Of a stretch of DNA of 64,000 bases, positions 51,701-64,000 are shown piece by piece (the stretch's first letter is position 1; the number at the start of each line of letters is the position of its first letter). Source of the stretch: Tubulanus polymorphus. Lineage: Eukaryota; Animalia; Nemertea. The notes beneath the pieces are model-generated. The model ran no database searches and had not been told where the DNA came from. It worked only from the letters and a program-made list of their open reading frames with translations. The position numbers and the translations under genes were made by a program. The stretch is from positions 19,896,950-19,960,949 of the forward strand of contig NC_134029.1 of NCBI RefSeq assembly GCF_964204645.1, read 5' to 3'.

Positions 51701-54700
51701 CCGAGCTCAGTCGCTGAAATGATGAAAGTATTACATGTAGGCGGACAATCCGATGATCCAACGTAAGTCAATCGAATTTATTAAATATATGCGCGTGGGC
51801 GCATTAGGCCTTTTATATGAGAAAAATTGATTTCATCGCGTGTAACTTATATTAGGCTAAATGTAGCCAAGGATTTCATTAGAAATTACATGTAATATGA
51901 AAAAAAAAATTTTGGCCCAAATTGAGACCCAATTTTGAGCCTTATATACTTAATTCCAGGGCTAGGTCTTGGAGTTTGGAGTGGGCAGCATGATTTATGA
52001 GATAAAAGATATTCATCGTTATTTCAAAATGGTGCTATGGCCCAAAAAGGGGCATTTGAACCCCTGACCTCCCTCGACCTCCTTTGGGGACACTCAATAA
52101 TAACGCCAATGAACTAACATTTGGGACTCCCATTGTATTGTTCGTTAACTTGAATAGGACTCCATTTTGTTATCACGTGTTATTTTATCGTTTCCCAGTA
52201 GGTGGCGTTATGCTCAGTAAGTACAACACTATTCGCATTATGCGGTAAAAGAAATCATTCACAGTTACTCCTAGCTGATCTGATTCAGCCTCTGGTAGCG
52301 GGGAAATTCATCATATAACATTTTATGTCTAAAATTTTACATACCCGGTATTTGTTCGTGGAATTGATTTGAAACAATCAATTCATTGTTTTGATATTAT
52401 ATTATAAAGCATTTGCTGTCACTCCTTTTCATGTTATCACTTCGTATCTCAACACAATCTTTGCATTAACTTCCACCATTTTCTCGATGTTTATTTAGTT
52501 ATTTATATGTTGCCAGTTACAATTATCATGCACTGAACGTCTGTTGATACCATTTAATTCAGTCTTTCACAGATTTGATGATTTGCACAGAATAAATTGT
52601 CAAAATACAACACTAGGCTGACATATATGTTTCAAATCATAAGGGTGGCCACTTACCTGGATTTCAGGGAAGAATTGGGGGAAAAGTCAGGGAATTTTGT
52701 TAAGATAGTTGGATCACGCGTTAAATCAAACAGTTTCCATCCATGTATTACGTATGACTGTTAAATTGATTGGGTTCTTAGCAGATCAAGTCAGGGAAAA
52801 CAATGTTCATGTCAGGGAAAAATTGACCAAGTGATCATGTTCCGTTACTAGTTACGCAAGTTGAATAGGGATTAGTTTGAGAAATAAGAAATAATTTTCT
52901 GAAATATTTAACTAATAAAACCCAACAACCACAGAACCGGTTCCTTATTTTCAGTTCAATGAGAATGTTCATATCGTTACATATTTATGGACTATTATCA
53001 ACTGAAATAGTCGAAAAATTTTAGAATTTCAAATTAGAATTTAGAAGAAATCGGACGATAATTACCTATAAACTCGAGCCCCAAAGGCGTGGTTTCATTG
53101 AATGGGAAATAGCTTTGATGGATATTTCGTAATATGTGAGCTAGTTTGAGGATTCATCAAAACGATACCCATCCTATGAATCCGAGCTTTCGTATACTGC
53201 GCTTGTTCTGCTGAATTTCAGGCATCTCAAATCGTTTTTTTTTTTTTTGTTTTTGTTTTTTTTTCATTCGCTTTCATCGTTTCTGACTTGTGTTATTTGT
53301 ATTTCGCGCACAGGCCAAGACATTACTTGATGAAAAGCTTCGGATTGAATGCGGGAGCAACTTTATCAGCAGTATGTTATGTGTTTACTTTATGTTGTTG
53401 GTTTTTGCGACCCCTTTTGTATAAGAGCGAAATATTTTCCATTCGATCGCGAGTTCTTTATTTGCAATGTTTTTATTTTCGTCATGTTAGGAGTTGAAAG
53501 AGATGATGTCTCGAATGCCACCTCCGACTATGGAGTTTTTGTCAATCACAGCTCCGAAGCCATGTCAAGGTAAGCGTTATCGCCTATTTTTTAAGATTTT
53601 CAATTCTGCTTTATACAGTTAACTGGGATTACCTCGGATTATCGCTTGCCTTGGATAAATGTTTTACACAAAAAGCACTTCTAATATTGACAGCTACCCA
53701 AAAATTCACTGACCTCAAAAAAATCAAATGGCCCCACGAGATCCGAGTTTACTGTATACATTTGAAAGTATACACGTACTTCAGTTAGAATAAAATTAGG
53801 ATGTCCCTGGAAATGAATGGCCATTGATTTTCTCCATGGTACAAGATGTCCACTGACCTGGAAAACTAAGGAAACCATAAAAATACTAGAAAAATATCAG
53901 GGAAAACTCGTGGAAGTTTGAAAATTACCTGGAATTTCGATAATATGCTATTGGACATGCGTTTTTATCAATATCTGATTCCTAGAAAAAATAATCGTAA
54001 CATTCCGAACCAGGAAATTTCTCCATTTACCTGCCACTGATTCACTCGGGGAATACTGTGTTATAACATAGAATATCCTGGGTAACATAAAATGTTTGAA
54101 TTTGTGAAGCGTATGTCGTGTTGAATTTTGTGACACGAAGAACGTCGTTTTCCAAATCATTCCATAGATTTCAGAAACCGCTACGAATATGTTCGGTCTT
54201 AGTCATGCACGCGATTCATGCTCATTGAAAAATGCTTTACACGTTTTGAGTACCGATAAACACGGGCGGAATTCACTGCATTGAAATTCTATCATTTTTG
54301 CAAAATGAATCCCATGTACAAAAAGAAAAAAAACGTGTACGTAGAATAACCTCATCGCAGTATACGCCATCGAGTTCTAGAAAAAATCACATCAATCACT
54401 GCGCGACGCATTCATTCTGCATCGCTCTAAAAGGTCGACGAATCTGGAGACGTTTATTTTCCGCTGTAATAAAAATAGCCGTCGTTAATTAGCCGGCTGT
54501 CAATAGAGTATTGATTATATAACCGATGCCTTGGTATATTGATTACATACGTGCTGATTACATAGAAAGGTTACTTACCATTTCGTATACATTACGAAAT
54601 AAGGATTGGTTATTGCGTATTGCGTAATCTAACCGGAGGAGTTTTACGGCGATCGGCTTGGATAGTACGATCTCGGATATAACAATTTATCGGTTATTAC

Positions 54701-57700
54701 AAACCTAGAGCAATCGTCCAAAATAGGAAATTTTCAATGATTTCATACTGGATGTGACGAACCATTGGTTATAAAGAACAGGGGCCAGTTGCACGGTCGT
54801 GACTTAAGTCCAAAAGTAGTCTTAAATCTTAAGACTGGTCTCAATTTCTCAGATTGGCTATAGAACTAAGTTGGTCTGAGACTGGTCTTAAGTCTAAGCT
54901 ATGACTGTGCTCTTAAGTCTAAGCCATATCATAGTCATGATATATAATATATATAAGACCAGTCTAAGACCAACTTCGTTCTGTAGCCATTCTAACAACT
55001 TAAGACTAGTCTTAAGATTTGATACCATTTTTGGACTTAAGTCACGACTGTGCAACTAGGCTCTGTAACGAGGTTCCGCCGTATAAGTATCCATTGCCTT
55101 TGGTAGTGGTCGAGCGGTTGACATCTTTTTATTTCATCTCGCATCTCACTGATATCAGTGCATCTGGTGGGCTGTAACGCATCGAAGCGATTCATTCATG
55201 TTGTTAATATCGTATGTAAATTTTGTCTTATGCATGTTTTGATTTATGGCGTATTGAAGCTGGCGGATTACCTAAGTGAAACAGATCAACGGAATTGATT
55301 CACGAAAGAATGTGAATTTCTTGCTTCGAACGTCCAACAGAATATGTACCGTATCTCGGACATGTTTTGATCGAGGATTCTAGATTTCAAATTCTCAGGC
55401 AGGTTAATATATAAAGATACTCGTGTTAATGGTCAATTTACGATTGACTCGCAGTTTTCTCACACGTAAACTGTTGATAACACGAATCAATAGATTCGTA
55501 GGGAAGCGATTAATAATTCATTACCAGTATGTACTGGAATGCTTGTCGTGTGTATATATTATTGGTTATTACGGAACCAAGAACACGTTTATGTTGGATT
55601 TATTGAAGTATTGAAGAAATACGGTAACTAGGAGAATCGGATTGTAACTAAGGCAGGTTTTTACTGATTCTGTAATTCTCTTGTGGTGCGTTCGTTTTAA
55701 CCAGAATATGCTCTACCTATTCCGGCGAAATTGGGTAATCTGTAAACCTGATAGGCCGGTGCAGAGTTTGCAATCCAGAATATCTAATCCTCTACCGGAA
55801 TACGTTCAATCGAAACTGCCTAAATGTCTGTTCGGCTTTAGAACCAGGAAATATGGTTGCGCAAGACATAGCGTCTGATTGTGAGGTCAGGTGATGGTAT
55901 CATACGCTATTTCAACATAAAGTAGGAATCTGTAGGTTGATGAAAATTCTTTGAAACGAAAAAAGTTTTTCCTCACATCAATTTTCGATATCGATGACAA
56001 ATTCTTTAGGGAACGAATTTGGACCTCTCAAAAAATTGGATTTTGGAGAATTCTGGAGTATGGAATATTGAATACCGGTAGATCAAGTGTAGTCCTTACC
56101 ACCAATCAATCAGAGCTTACGCAACAGCCTAAACTCAGCAGATAACATGTGTGCATTAAATGTTTTCTTTGCTTATTGATAAGCGATGAAGTGTTTTTCA
56201 TTCAGGTTTCTATATTGCAAATCAACGATTGGCAATTTCCTGTCATTGACACATCGGTTCAAATCTGACCTTTTATAAGTGGTTACGACAACGACAACGA
56301 CAACGGAAAATGTATACATTCGCGTAATCAGTACTTGATACCGTTAATCATCTTATAATATTCCATTTCAGACCACCAGAAAAGCCAAAGTGCAGGCCCA
56401 ATTATCAGAACTGACGTGTGAGTATTAATAAAGTCATATATCCTGATGTTGTACTTTAAAAAATCTGATGATTTTTATTTCATTCCTCAATGCACTGAGC
56501 GGTGCTCTGGTCATTATCCTGATTAAGTAAGAGCGGCCAGATGAGAACCTTTGACTAAGAAACTTGGCCACGACCTGGATTCAGAACCCTTTGACAAGAC
56601 CACTGCATGCTTCTGGTGAACAATGTCTATCAATAACTTGACTTGACTCTCTTCACGCTGCAGTGAGACATAAGGCCACAACATGTTCTCCACAATTTCT
56701 TCGTCTTTGGTAACTCGCAGCGCTTCGTCCCTTGTCAGCCACATCAGTTTCAGCTTGTCAGCCATTTCTCACCTCCAGATGACTTTTGGTTGGCCCCCTT
56801 CTCTTCCCTTGGGGGTCCAATGTAGGGCAGTCTTTGTCCCACCCAGAAAAAAAGAAATTCTGCCGTTCGAAACTGTCATTGTTTATCTATTTGCAGAGAT
56901 ACGCCTCGTCAGCTGTACGCGCCGCCTCAAACACCGTTACCGTCGACTACTAACGTTCTATTGAGTGATAATGAATCGGAGCAGATCGACGTCGAACGGC
57001 CGTGGTCGGTGACCGATCCCAAACAACCCGATAACAGTGAGGGCGACGCCGATGAACTCGAGTGGGAAACGTTTCAAAAACAGGTATTAACCAATGTCAA
57101 ACTTATGCATACAGCACATATTAAATTGCCTGCCTAGAAAGATGTTTTTGGCCCATCCCAACCTCAGGGTGGCCACTGACCTGGATAAATTGGGAATCAG
57201 AAAAATCTAGAAAAATAAGGGTAATCTAAGTTTACCAAAAACCTGGAAAACCTTGGAATTTGGGTGATAATGTTATTGACCATGTGTCTCTTATCAATAC
57301 GTGATTCATTGAAAAATGAATGAATTGTAACATTCTAAACCTAGAAATTTTGTGTCGTCACACGCAAAAATCAAAGAAAACCCATTGGATTTGTAAATGG
57401 GCCGAAAGTGGTCACCCTGAACCTTCATCTAATTACCAAGTGATTTATCTGCGGCATTATCATGAAATTAAATCCGATAGAAAATGTTTTTGGTCATTGG
57501 TCAATTGATACAGTCATACAGTAACTAGATGGAGACAGCTATCATTTTGCAATAGGAGTTCCTATCCTAAGGGTGTCCTTGCCAATAGGGATCATTCATT
57601 TATTACGAACGCATTAGCGGAGGGGTAGGGGGAGGGGTAAGTGCAATTGCGTACTGTAATGCTCAATGTATGTGAAAAAATGGCTGATTTTGCGTACAGG

Positions 57701-60700
57701 GGGATGGAAAAAGTCAAATTTCATGCGTACGTAATAAATGGATGATCCAATACCTAGATAATAGGTCCTATTACTTATTGGATTCTTAGATCTACGGATT
57801 CAAAATGAGTGATCATTATTTTCCAGGTTGAAGCATCAGCGATTGCGACTTCGATTCCGACCGTCGTAGATGAGACGCGCGCCGCGACGACTTCCGCTTC
57901 GAAACGTCCGTTGACTGAACCGCAACAACCGGAGAAAAACACCGAGTTGAAAGTCGTGAATTTATCGCTGGACAATAAATACGCTTTCAGTCGCGACAAG
58001 CACAACGCCAATTTCCACGTGGCGGCGCAGTCGCCTCGTAAGGGGTTAACGTCGTCGAAACCGTCTTCGGCGTTGCCGGAGAAGGCGAAGTCGATATCCG
58101 TCACTGATCTTTCGCGACAGTTGAATCTGTCGGAACATTGGAGTTTCTCGCCGGACGTCGACATCGCGACGGTGAACGCGGACGTCACGAAGAATCAGCC
58201 GAATCTTCACATCAACGGCGAATATTGGCTGAAAGAGCTTCGCAACGACAAGAATTATTGTCGCGATTGTAAAACGTCGTCGTCACCGAGAAAAGACGGC
58301 AAAACGGCGCGTCGCCCGAAAACGAGTGCCGGACGTAAGATCATCGACGGAAAAGCAGCCGAGCGGCCGCTGATGAAAAAACGAGCACGAAGCGCCGGCC
58401 CGACGAGAATGTTGCGTCAACGCGAACAACAGCCCGCCAAGTTTATCGTCGGCCCGAAACCGACGGCGCCATCTATACCGAGCCCGCATCATCCGTTCGG
58501 AGGTCGTTCGCCGCGTCTCAATCAGGCCTATCAGGTCGAGTTGGAAAAACAGGCCCGCAAGATGGATAGTCCGAGGCGTTACTTGCAAACAGGTAGAGAA
58601 ACCTTTTAAGCTAAGCCCCGCGTGTACTTACATCGTACAGGAGGCCTTGCCTACCTTGGAAGAAATTTGTAAGAAAATTTTATCTGAAGTTCCAGAATTC
58701 CCCGTGCTTAGATATATGTTAGTTGAATGAATCCATCTAGGGCCAGTTGTATTGACTAGTATTATCTTTGAATTATCTTTAAATTAAATTAACCGGTAAA
58801 CTTAATTGAAAATTAATCTAGTTAATCCTAGTAAAAGTTCATACCAGTCATTCAAACCAACCGCTGGTTCTGGGGAGATTTACTAGCATTGGTTCCTTAC
58901 GTATGCAAAGCACAGCCCCTATACCTATATTCAAAATTCTTTACGAATTTTTGCTATATTTGATATAGAATTATTGCTTTTATGTCGTATGGTTAGAAGC
59001 TCTCTTTGTTTTAGTAACCCAGTTCCGTGGTTACGACGAAGATATGGAAGCAGATTCGCACCAAACATCATCCGGTCGTACGGTCGCTGGATTAACAAAT
59101 CATACAGCGGTGCTTAATATTCGCGGTCAAGGCATGTCGTCACAGGGCGGTGGTGGACTGCGCTTTATTCCCAGTTCACAACCTCAGCCTTCTGGTGAGT
59201 ATTGACGATACAGAATATGTATTCTGTTTTGTGATTGTGTTTGTTAAAATTTGCAAAACACGAAAAATGTCCAACGTACACAAGATGACAAACGTTTTTT
59301 GACGAATCAAAAAGAGTTACACAAATCAAGCGGCGCTTGTTTCATGAAAAACCGTTTTTCCTGGCTGTGTGAATTGGGCTTTATGGTTTAGACACTGTTA
59401 TTAATGAGATCGGGATTCGCATTACGTGTTTCAGATCCAATCAAACTTCACATAAACTGGATATACAGTAAACAGGGTATACACGCAGAATTCATGTACT
59501 CTCTGCATTAGCTATGTCTACACAGATTCAATAAACTTGACATATTGAACTAATAAGGTTTATTTCATAAGCCAAATATGAGCAACGTTTTCGATCTCAG
59601 TGTTATCAAATGGTGAAATAAACTCATAATCTTTTAAACTTCAGTTTATTGAACTTGAGATTTGGGTCTGTACAGTATCTAAACTCAAGATAATTACTTC
59701 TGTGTAGATGTAGTTTTTATATTTTATATATAGTTTTAGTATATGAATCTATCTTTGTGTAAAATTCGTATCATATCCTACATAATTTGTGCTTGTATCT
59801 TAGTTGGACAGACGTCTTGGAACTGTGATTTAGTTAACTGCCAATGATTTAAGCCGATTTGGTTTTTGGTGTCTATTTTCTATATGAAATCAGTACAAAA
59901 TACAATTCTTTCAAATCGATTATTTTGTAGAATATCTGGCTGTAGTCCCCTATTATCTATTTAACAAGAATGTTGTCCTAATCCACTGATCTTAGCTATA
60001 CGTAATTCTGGTGATGGCATGTGTGTGTGTATACTTGTAGTTCTAGACTATCGGCATTTTGTGTTTTTTGTGCTGTCTCAACAAATCCGTTTTGTCTGCA
60101 ATATACGTTAACTGCCAATGATATAAGCCGATTTGGTGGGTGGGGTCTATTTTCTATATGGAATCAGTACAAAGTACAATTCGTAATTCGTAAAATTCAT
60201 ACAAATTGATTATTTTGTAGAATATTTCGATGTCGTTCCCTATTATTTTCATTATGTCGCAACAATTCTGTTTTGTCCATGACCTTCAGTATCTAATTCC
60301 TGTAAAAGTGACGATAACCTCATAAATTTGGAGAACTAGTGATTTTGGCATTTCATTGATGTGTTAATTAATTGTACGCGACTGATATCAGCTTCCGGTT
60401 TGGCAATTTCATATCTATTCACAACACTGATACAAAGCTTAACTCTTCGCGTATTCGTCATAGTAGTTTGTATTCTAATGCGGTGTGTTTTTGCTGTTTT
60501 CTTTAGCTAACAGTAACGCCCAATCCTCCGTCGAATCTTCTCCGTCTAGACCGGCGACGGCGACTTCGTAAGTAGCGTCGATAGCGTCGAATTTCGACAA
60601 CGTTTTTCGAAACCTTATCGTTGATCGGAATTCGTATAAACATTTCAGATCTAAACGTAAATCATCAACTAATCACGGTCAAGGTCGACCAATACCCGAT

Positions 60701-63700
60701 TACGTCGAGGCAGTAGACCCGGTATGTATTTCTGGAAACCTTTTTCGATGTTGCCGGTCCATTATTTCTGGTCAAAGAACTGAAATTAGATTTTAAGAGT
60801 AAATTTCTGTTTCGAAAGGATCATATGGAGACCGCCGTCCAGAGGCAAAAAGAAGCAAAAGCGGCTGTGGATATACAAAGGTACCGCCCACATCTGAACG
60901 ACGCTAGTTTTTAGTCAATCTGAGGACGCGTTTCTGATTTCTTTCTTTTTATTTCGTTAGGATCTTCCGCGGATACGTGGCCAGGTCGCATTATGAAATA
61001 ATGTTACGTCAGCGTAGATGGGCTTTAGAAGATAGAAAGAAGGACGAACAAGAAGGAAAGAGGTAATATGCTAGATCATGTGTTCAGGATGTTAGATTTA
61101 ACAGCAAGCATCGGGAAGTTGGCATCGTGCATTGCATATGTGATGAACATCTTTTTGATGGATTGAAATAAGTTCATCTGTGTAAATGATCTAATAAAGT
61201 TAGATTTAGTTGAAAACTCACAGAGCTTTCGATCCTAATGTCTTTTGATTGGGCTAGAAAGCGAAATCCATTTCTGAGGCAGAGACAGTTCACACACATA
61301 AATACGTAACCTTACTTGCATATTGTAGTCTTTTCCATGAATTGATAAGGTTGTATTTCCAGGTTATATCGCGAACACGCCGTGCGCAAATCGAAAATCG
61401 AAAACCGCCCATTGGATCCCGAGGCGGTTGACTGGTCAAGAAACTATGAGAATCATCTTTCTAATCAGGAAAAGGAACGCAAATTGAAGGCCGAATCAAC
61501 CGTTAAAGAGTAAGTGGAAGTTTGTTTTCTTCGCGTGAGCTTGTTTCCTTTAATGCGATGAATTCAGGCTACTGGACCCAGTTCCACTGTTGTGAATTGG
61601 AGCTAACCCTTCGGTTGATATTTTGAGTTAACTTGTTGTGAAATCTAACTCAAAACTATCTTACCGGGTGATTAACTTTGAAACTGAAGATGCGAATCTT
61701 TAATCTGAAATATTTACACTAATTCATGCTTTTCTAGATTGGTATCGAAGAATCAAGAAGAGAACAAATATATCGCGACGATCGGCCCTCATGTTGATAT
61801 TTATCAGTACGTATTGATCATCATATTATCCAGTTTTAGATTTGGTATTTTCTGCATGTTCAGATCTCAAGGAGTGCTTGAAATTACAATTTATATAGGA
61901 ATTTCCATCCGAAGAAGACTGGTCCCACGACGAAAGAATTGAATTTAGCTGCCTCGATCATTCAAAGATATACACGCGGTTTTCTAATACGACGTCGATT
62001 CGAAAAACTGAATAGAAAGGTAGTACATAACGTGTCTACAGAAGCCATCTTATTCATGACGAACTCAAAATCAAAATGAAAAAATTTGATGCCAAAAAAA
62101 AATTATCATTTTTTGTCTAAATCGAGGACAGGCCTTAGAACACTTGATCAATTTCTTACTTATCACATCCAAATCAAATCATCTACCTTTTCTACGGTGG
62201 AAGCTCTTCAGATGTAATTCATCGCCCTCTGATCCTGGATAATCCAAAAGAGCTCACCAGTGCCTTTGAACTTTATCACCAGTGTAACAGGCGCTCTATA
62301 AATGACACTTTTGATTGACTGATTGATATAATATGTGTTGGTTATTATGAACCTAGAATTTCATCCCAAATAGGATGATTACGTAATTTCATACTGGATA
62401 TAACAAACTCTCAGTTATAACGAACATATTTTCTCATCCCCTGAACTTATCGTAATGAGGTTCGATTGTATTCAAATTCTTATTTGTTTCTTGTGTCGTC
62501 GTTTCCGCAGGTGAGCATGTACTGCCAGAGTTTCAAGGCGTTCATGAAGGACTACAACGCCCTCTTGTGTCGAATCCAGCGACGCCACGGAATTGAACGC
62601 CCGAAGACGCCGTTCAGCATCGAAGAAGTCACCGAGTTCATCGATATGAAAAAACGTAAGCATTTCAAAAATCAACGTCGTCATCGCATTCGGAGCGGAA
62701 AAATTTCAATATTCAGATACATTCTGCAGAATTGGGTGCTAGAATTTAGAAACTAATGAAATCCACCACATAGTGACTTTTAACCCTGAAGCTGTGTCCT
62801 GTAAGGATCATAATAAAAACATAATTAAACCTGTTTCTATATACCGGTATGCTCCTTTTTAAATCAACACAAAGATGACTTTTCTATCTGTTTCGGGCTT
62901 GAACTAAGACAACTAAGCAATGAACCAAGGCCTTATGATGATAGATTTACTCATATCTATAAGATGTATCCAGAAAACAATGTATTTTTGGATGTATGTA
63001 CGACCGTAAATTTTCAAATCTGTCCTATATAATTAATAGCACATCCCGAAGCCTTAAGGCTGTACCATGAAAGGGAGGCAGCCCTGCCATGTTGAATCTA
63101 GGGTCATGTATTTTCTAGTCGGCATAAAATAGAGTTTGTACAGATCAGGGAAACAGAGAATCTAGGAATTCTACTCATGCTCTCATTTTAACGAAATGAA
63201 TTGGAATTTTACTGATGATATTTGTAGGTTATGAGAGCACGTTTGACAAACGGTCGTTCGGCGGAGAATTAGACGAACACGAGTTGCCTTTCTATTTCAA
63301 TGAATGTGATTTGTATCCCGCTCCTGCTGAAGTTGATGATGCTATTGATATGGTCTTCAAAGGTACAAACATATGTTATGAAATGAGTCCCGTATATTTT
63401 ATTATGGGGGCAACATAGAGACGTGTTTTTTTGTAGCATTAGCAATTCATTTCAATCAGATAAAGGTATTTGCACTTATATGTAACACTTTCATGTGCAG
63501 TCTTATTTTCTGGACGTCTCAAACTCTGAAATATTACTTCTTCAAATTTTCGAGGCGCCCAAAAAATATTCTTTACTTCATTTTGTAATGTCCAGCTTCG
63601 TCAGGTATACCTTTATAATTTGAAAAGTGCTGCTACAGTAGAACTCGCTTAATTCAGATTTTTCAATCCAGATTATCTCTTAATTCGGATGAAATGTTTG

Positions 63701-63959
63701 GTCCATTTAACCTGGAACCACGTATACTATTATTCATGATTCGGATTTTAATTAATTCGAATCAATGTTATAACTTGTGTTTATGTATTCTGTTGTATTG
63801 TAGGAAAGAAGCGCGCAAAGCAGGGAAGCTTCACGAAAAAAGAAGTCATAGAAATAACGTTCCAAATCTACATACCTAAAGCTTGTTGTTTGCCTGATGT
63901 ACGAAGGTCGACTTGGATGAATCCGATCATTGACGGTCAAGAGGCATTGAAATTATTAG
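42781..63959 (+). CDS. IQCM: IQ motif-containing protein M-like with very long low-complexity N-terminal extension (at least 32 exons, >1430 aa, 3' end beyond window)
   Basis: In-phase exons 42781-42855, 43652-43752, 44174-44239, 44570-44657, 45156-45278, 45857-45934, 46153-46308, 47176-47317, 47827-47925, 48349-48498, 48942-49089, 49870-49978, 50465-50577, 50819-51010, 51351-51501, 51641-51762, 53314-53371, 53491-53569, 56372-56417, 56897-57083, 57827-58592, 59015-59194, 60507-60567, 60649-60721, 60819-60880, 60961-61062, 61363-61509, 61738-61806, 61899-62019, 62511-62655, 63228-63362, 63804-63959. Two IQ motifs (AAVDIQRIFRGYVAR; AASIIQRYTRGFLIR). IGPHVDIYQ, ELPFYFNECDLYP..EVDD and STWMNPIIDGQE resemble the vertebrate IQCM C-terminal half. 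The 5' exons' linkage to the IQ region rests on phase only. Confidence 0.8.
43059..43326. mobile_element. piggyBac-type MITE, copy 3 (more diverged)
   Basis: TTTACCCTTTTCAGTGCG ... GCACTGAAAGGG-TTAA; same body. Confidence 0.75.
44795..45073 (+). mobile_element. Penelope-like pLTR insertion with inverted partial duplication
   Basis: 44795-44872 is the reverse complement of 44995-45073. The body 44879-45073 matches 20287-20483 and contains a hammerhead motif. Confidence 0.7.
44951..44992 (+). ncRNA. Minimal type I hammerhead ribozyme motif (Penelope-like repeat family 1)
   Basis: ACAC-CTGACGA-T-GATCTC-tagggt-GAGATC-GAAA-CG-TC-GTGT. Conserved core CUGANGA/GAAA, 6-bp stem II, palindromic ACGT in place of stem III, GUC site, stem I ACAC/GTGT. 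Confidence 0.75.
49191..49486. mobile_element. piggyBac-type MITE, copy 4 (opposite orientation)
   Basis: TTAA-CCCTTTCAGTGC ... GCACTGAAAGAG-TTAA; reverse complement of copy 2. Confidence 0.85.
49618..49663 (+). ncRNA. Minimal type I hammerhead ribozyme motif (Penelope-like repeat family 2)
   Basis: TTATTC-CTGAAGA-T-GGTTAT-tagaat-ATAGTC-GAAA-CG-TT-GTATAA. Core intact, stem II pairs with two G-U wobbles, GUU site, stem I with one mismatch. Confidence 0.65.
54781..55061. mobile_element. Hairpin MITE with GGGCCAGTTGCAC TIR (PIF/Harbinger-like)
   Basis: GGGGCCAGTTGCACGGTCGTGACTTAAGTCC ... GGACTTAAGTCACGACTGTGCAACTAGG, with long inverted arms. Smaller related GGGCC-TIR hairpins at ~18779-18905, 28231-28355, 46997-47115 and 48046-48178; GGACCC-TIR hairpins at ~17512-17630 and 48181-48292. 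Confidence 0.65.
56636..56840 (-). mobile_element. RTE-clade LINE 3' end fragment
   Basis: Translates as TALHWTPKGREGGQPKVIWR*...LTRDEALRVTKD (degenerate WTPxGxRxxGRPKxxW), followed by a short CAAGT-repeat tail. Confidence 0.7.
57165..57419. mobile_element. MITE with CAGGGTGGCCACT TIR and 5-bp TSD (AACCT)
   Basis: AACCT-CAGGGTGGCCACT ... AGTGGTCACCCTG-AACCT. Partial relatives at ~52642-52825 and ~53850-53940. Confidence 0.75.
57588..57748. mobile_element. Small MITE with GGGATCATTCATTTATTACG TIR
   Basis: GGGATCATTCATTTATTACG ... CGTAATAAATGGATGATCC inverted termini. Confidence 0.6.
59833..60250 (+). repeat. Local direct duplication (~130 bp) in IQCM intron
   Basis: TTAACTGCCAATGAT..AAGCCGATTTGG...GATTATTTTGTAGAATAT occurs at ~59833-59960 and ~60108-60250. 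Confidence 0.75.
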
Positions 63960-64000
63960 GTACCAGTAATTGGATTGTGCAGAATATTTTAGGCCTTTTT

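Noticed and set aside
53349-53573. ORF-track frame GVERDDVSNATSDYGV as an IQCM exon
   Set aside because: Phase of neighbouring exons requires the other frame (ELKEMMSRMPPPTMEF) for 53491-53569.
59580-61240. Minus-strand hammerhead half-motifs (GAGATCGAAAACGTT ~59587; GGATCGAAAGCTC ~61225)
   Set aside because: They lack the CUGANGA box and stem II partner, so they are not callable as ribozymes.

Overview
Eukaryotic, AT-rich, intron-dense animal DNA, probably a marine invertebrate such as a lophotrochozoan (inferred; species not determinable). Manual splicing (GT-AG, phase-consistent) gives four protein-coding genes. (1) A 7-exon LAPTM/DUF4728-like multi-pass membrane protein with three PPxY motifs (+, 1924-4706). 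(2) A complete 29-exon OFD1 orthologue (-, 6009-22199, ~1047 aa). (3) An 11-exon TNF-receptor-like type I membrane protein (-, 30680-35885, ~546 aa) that the ORF track largely misses. It has no death domain, but has duplicated tail exons, a (Gly-Ala)15 tract and a terminal exon encoding a RHIM-like motif. (4) A long IQCM-like gene (+, from 42781, running off the window). There is also a tRNA-Glu(CTC). Introns and intergenic DNA hold many non-autonomous elements: piggyBac-type and other MITEs, Helentron/HINE-like elements with CTCF-like tandem repeats, two ~0.5-kb fold-backs, tRNA-derived SINEs, CR1 and RTE 3' ends, and two families of Penelope-like repeats with minimal hammerhead-ribozyme motifs. 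The best leads are the RHIM-like-tailed TNFR (possible amyloid-based receptor signalling) and the intronic hammerheads. All homology calls come from recalled sequences; no searches were run.
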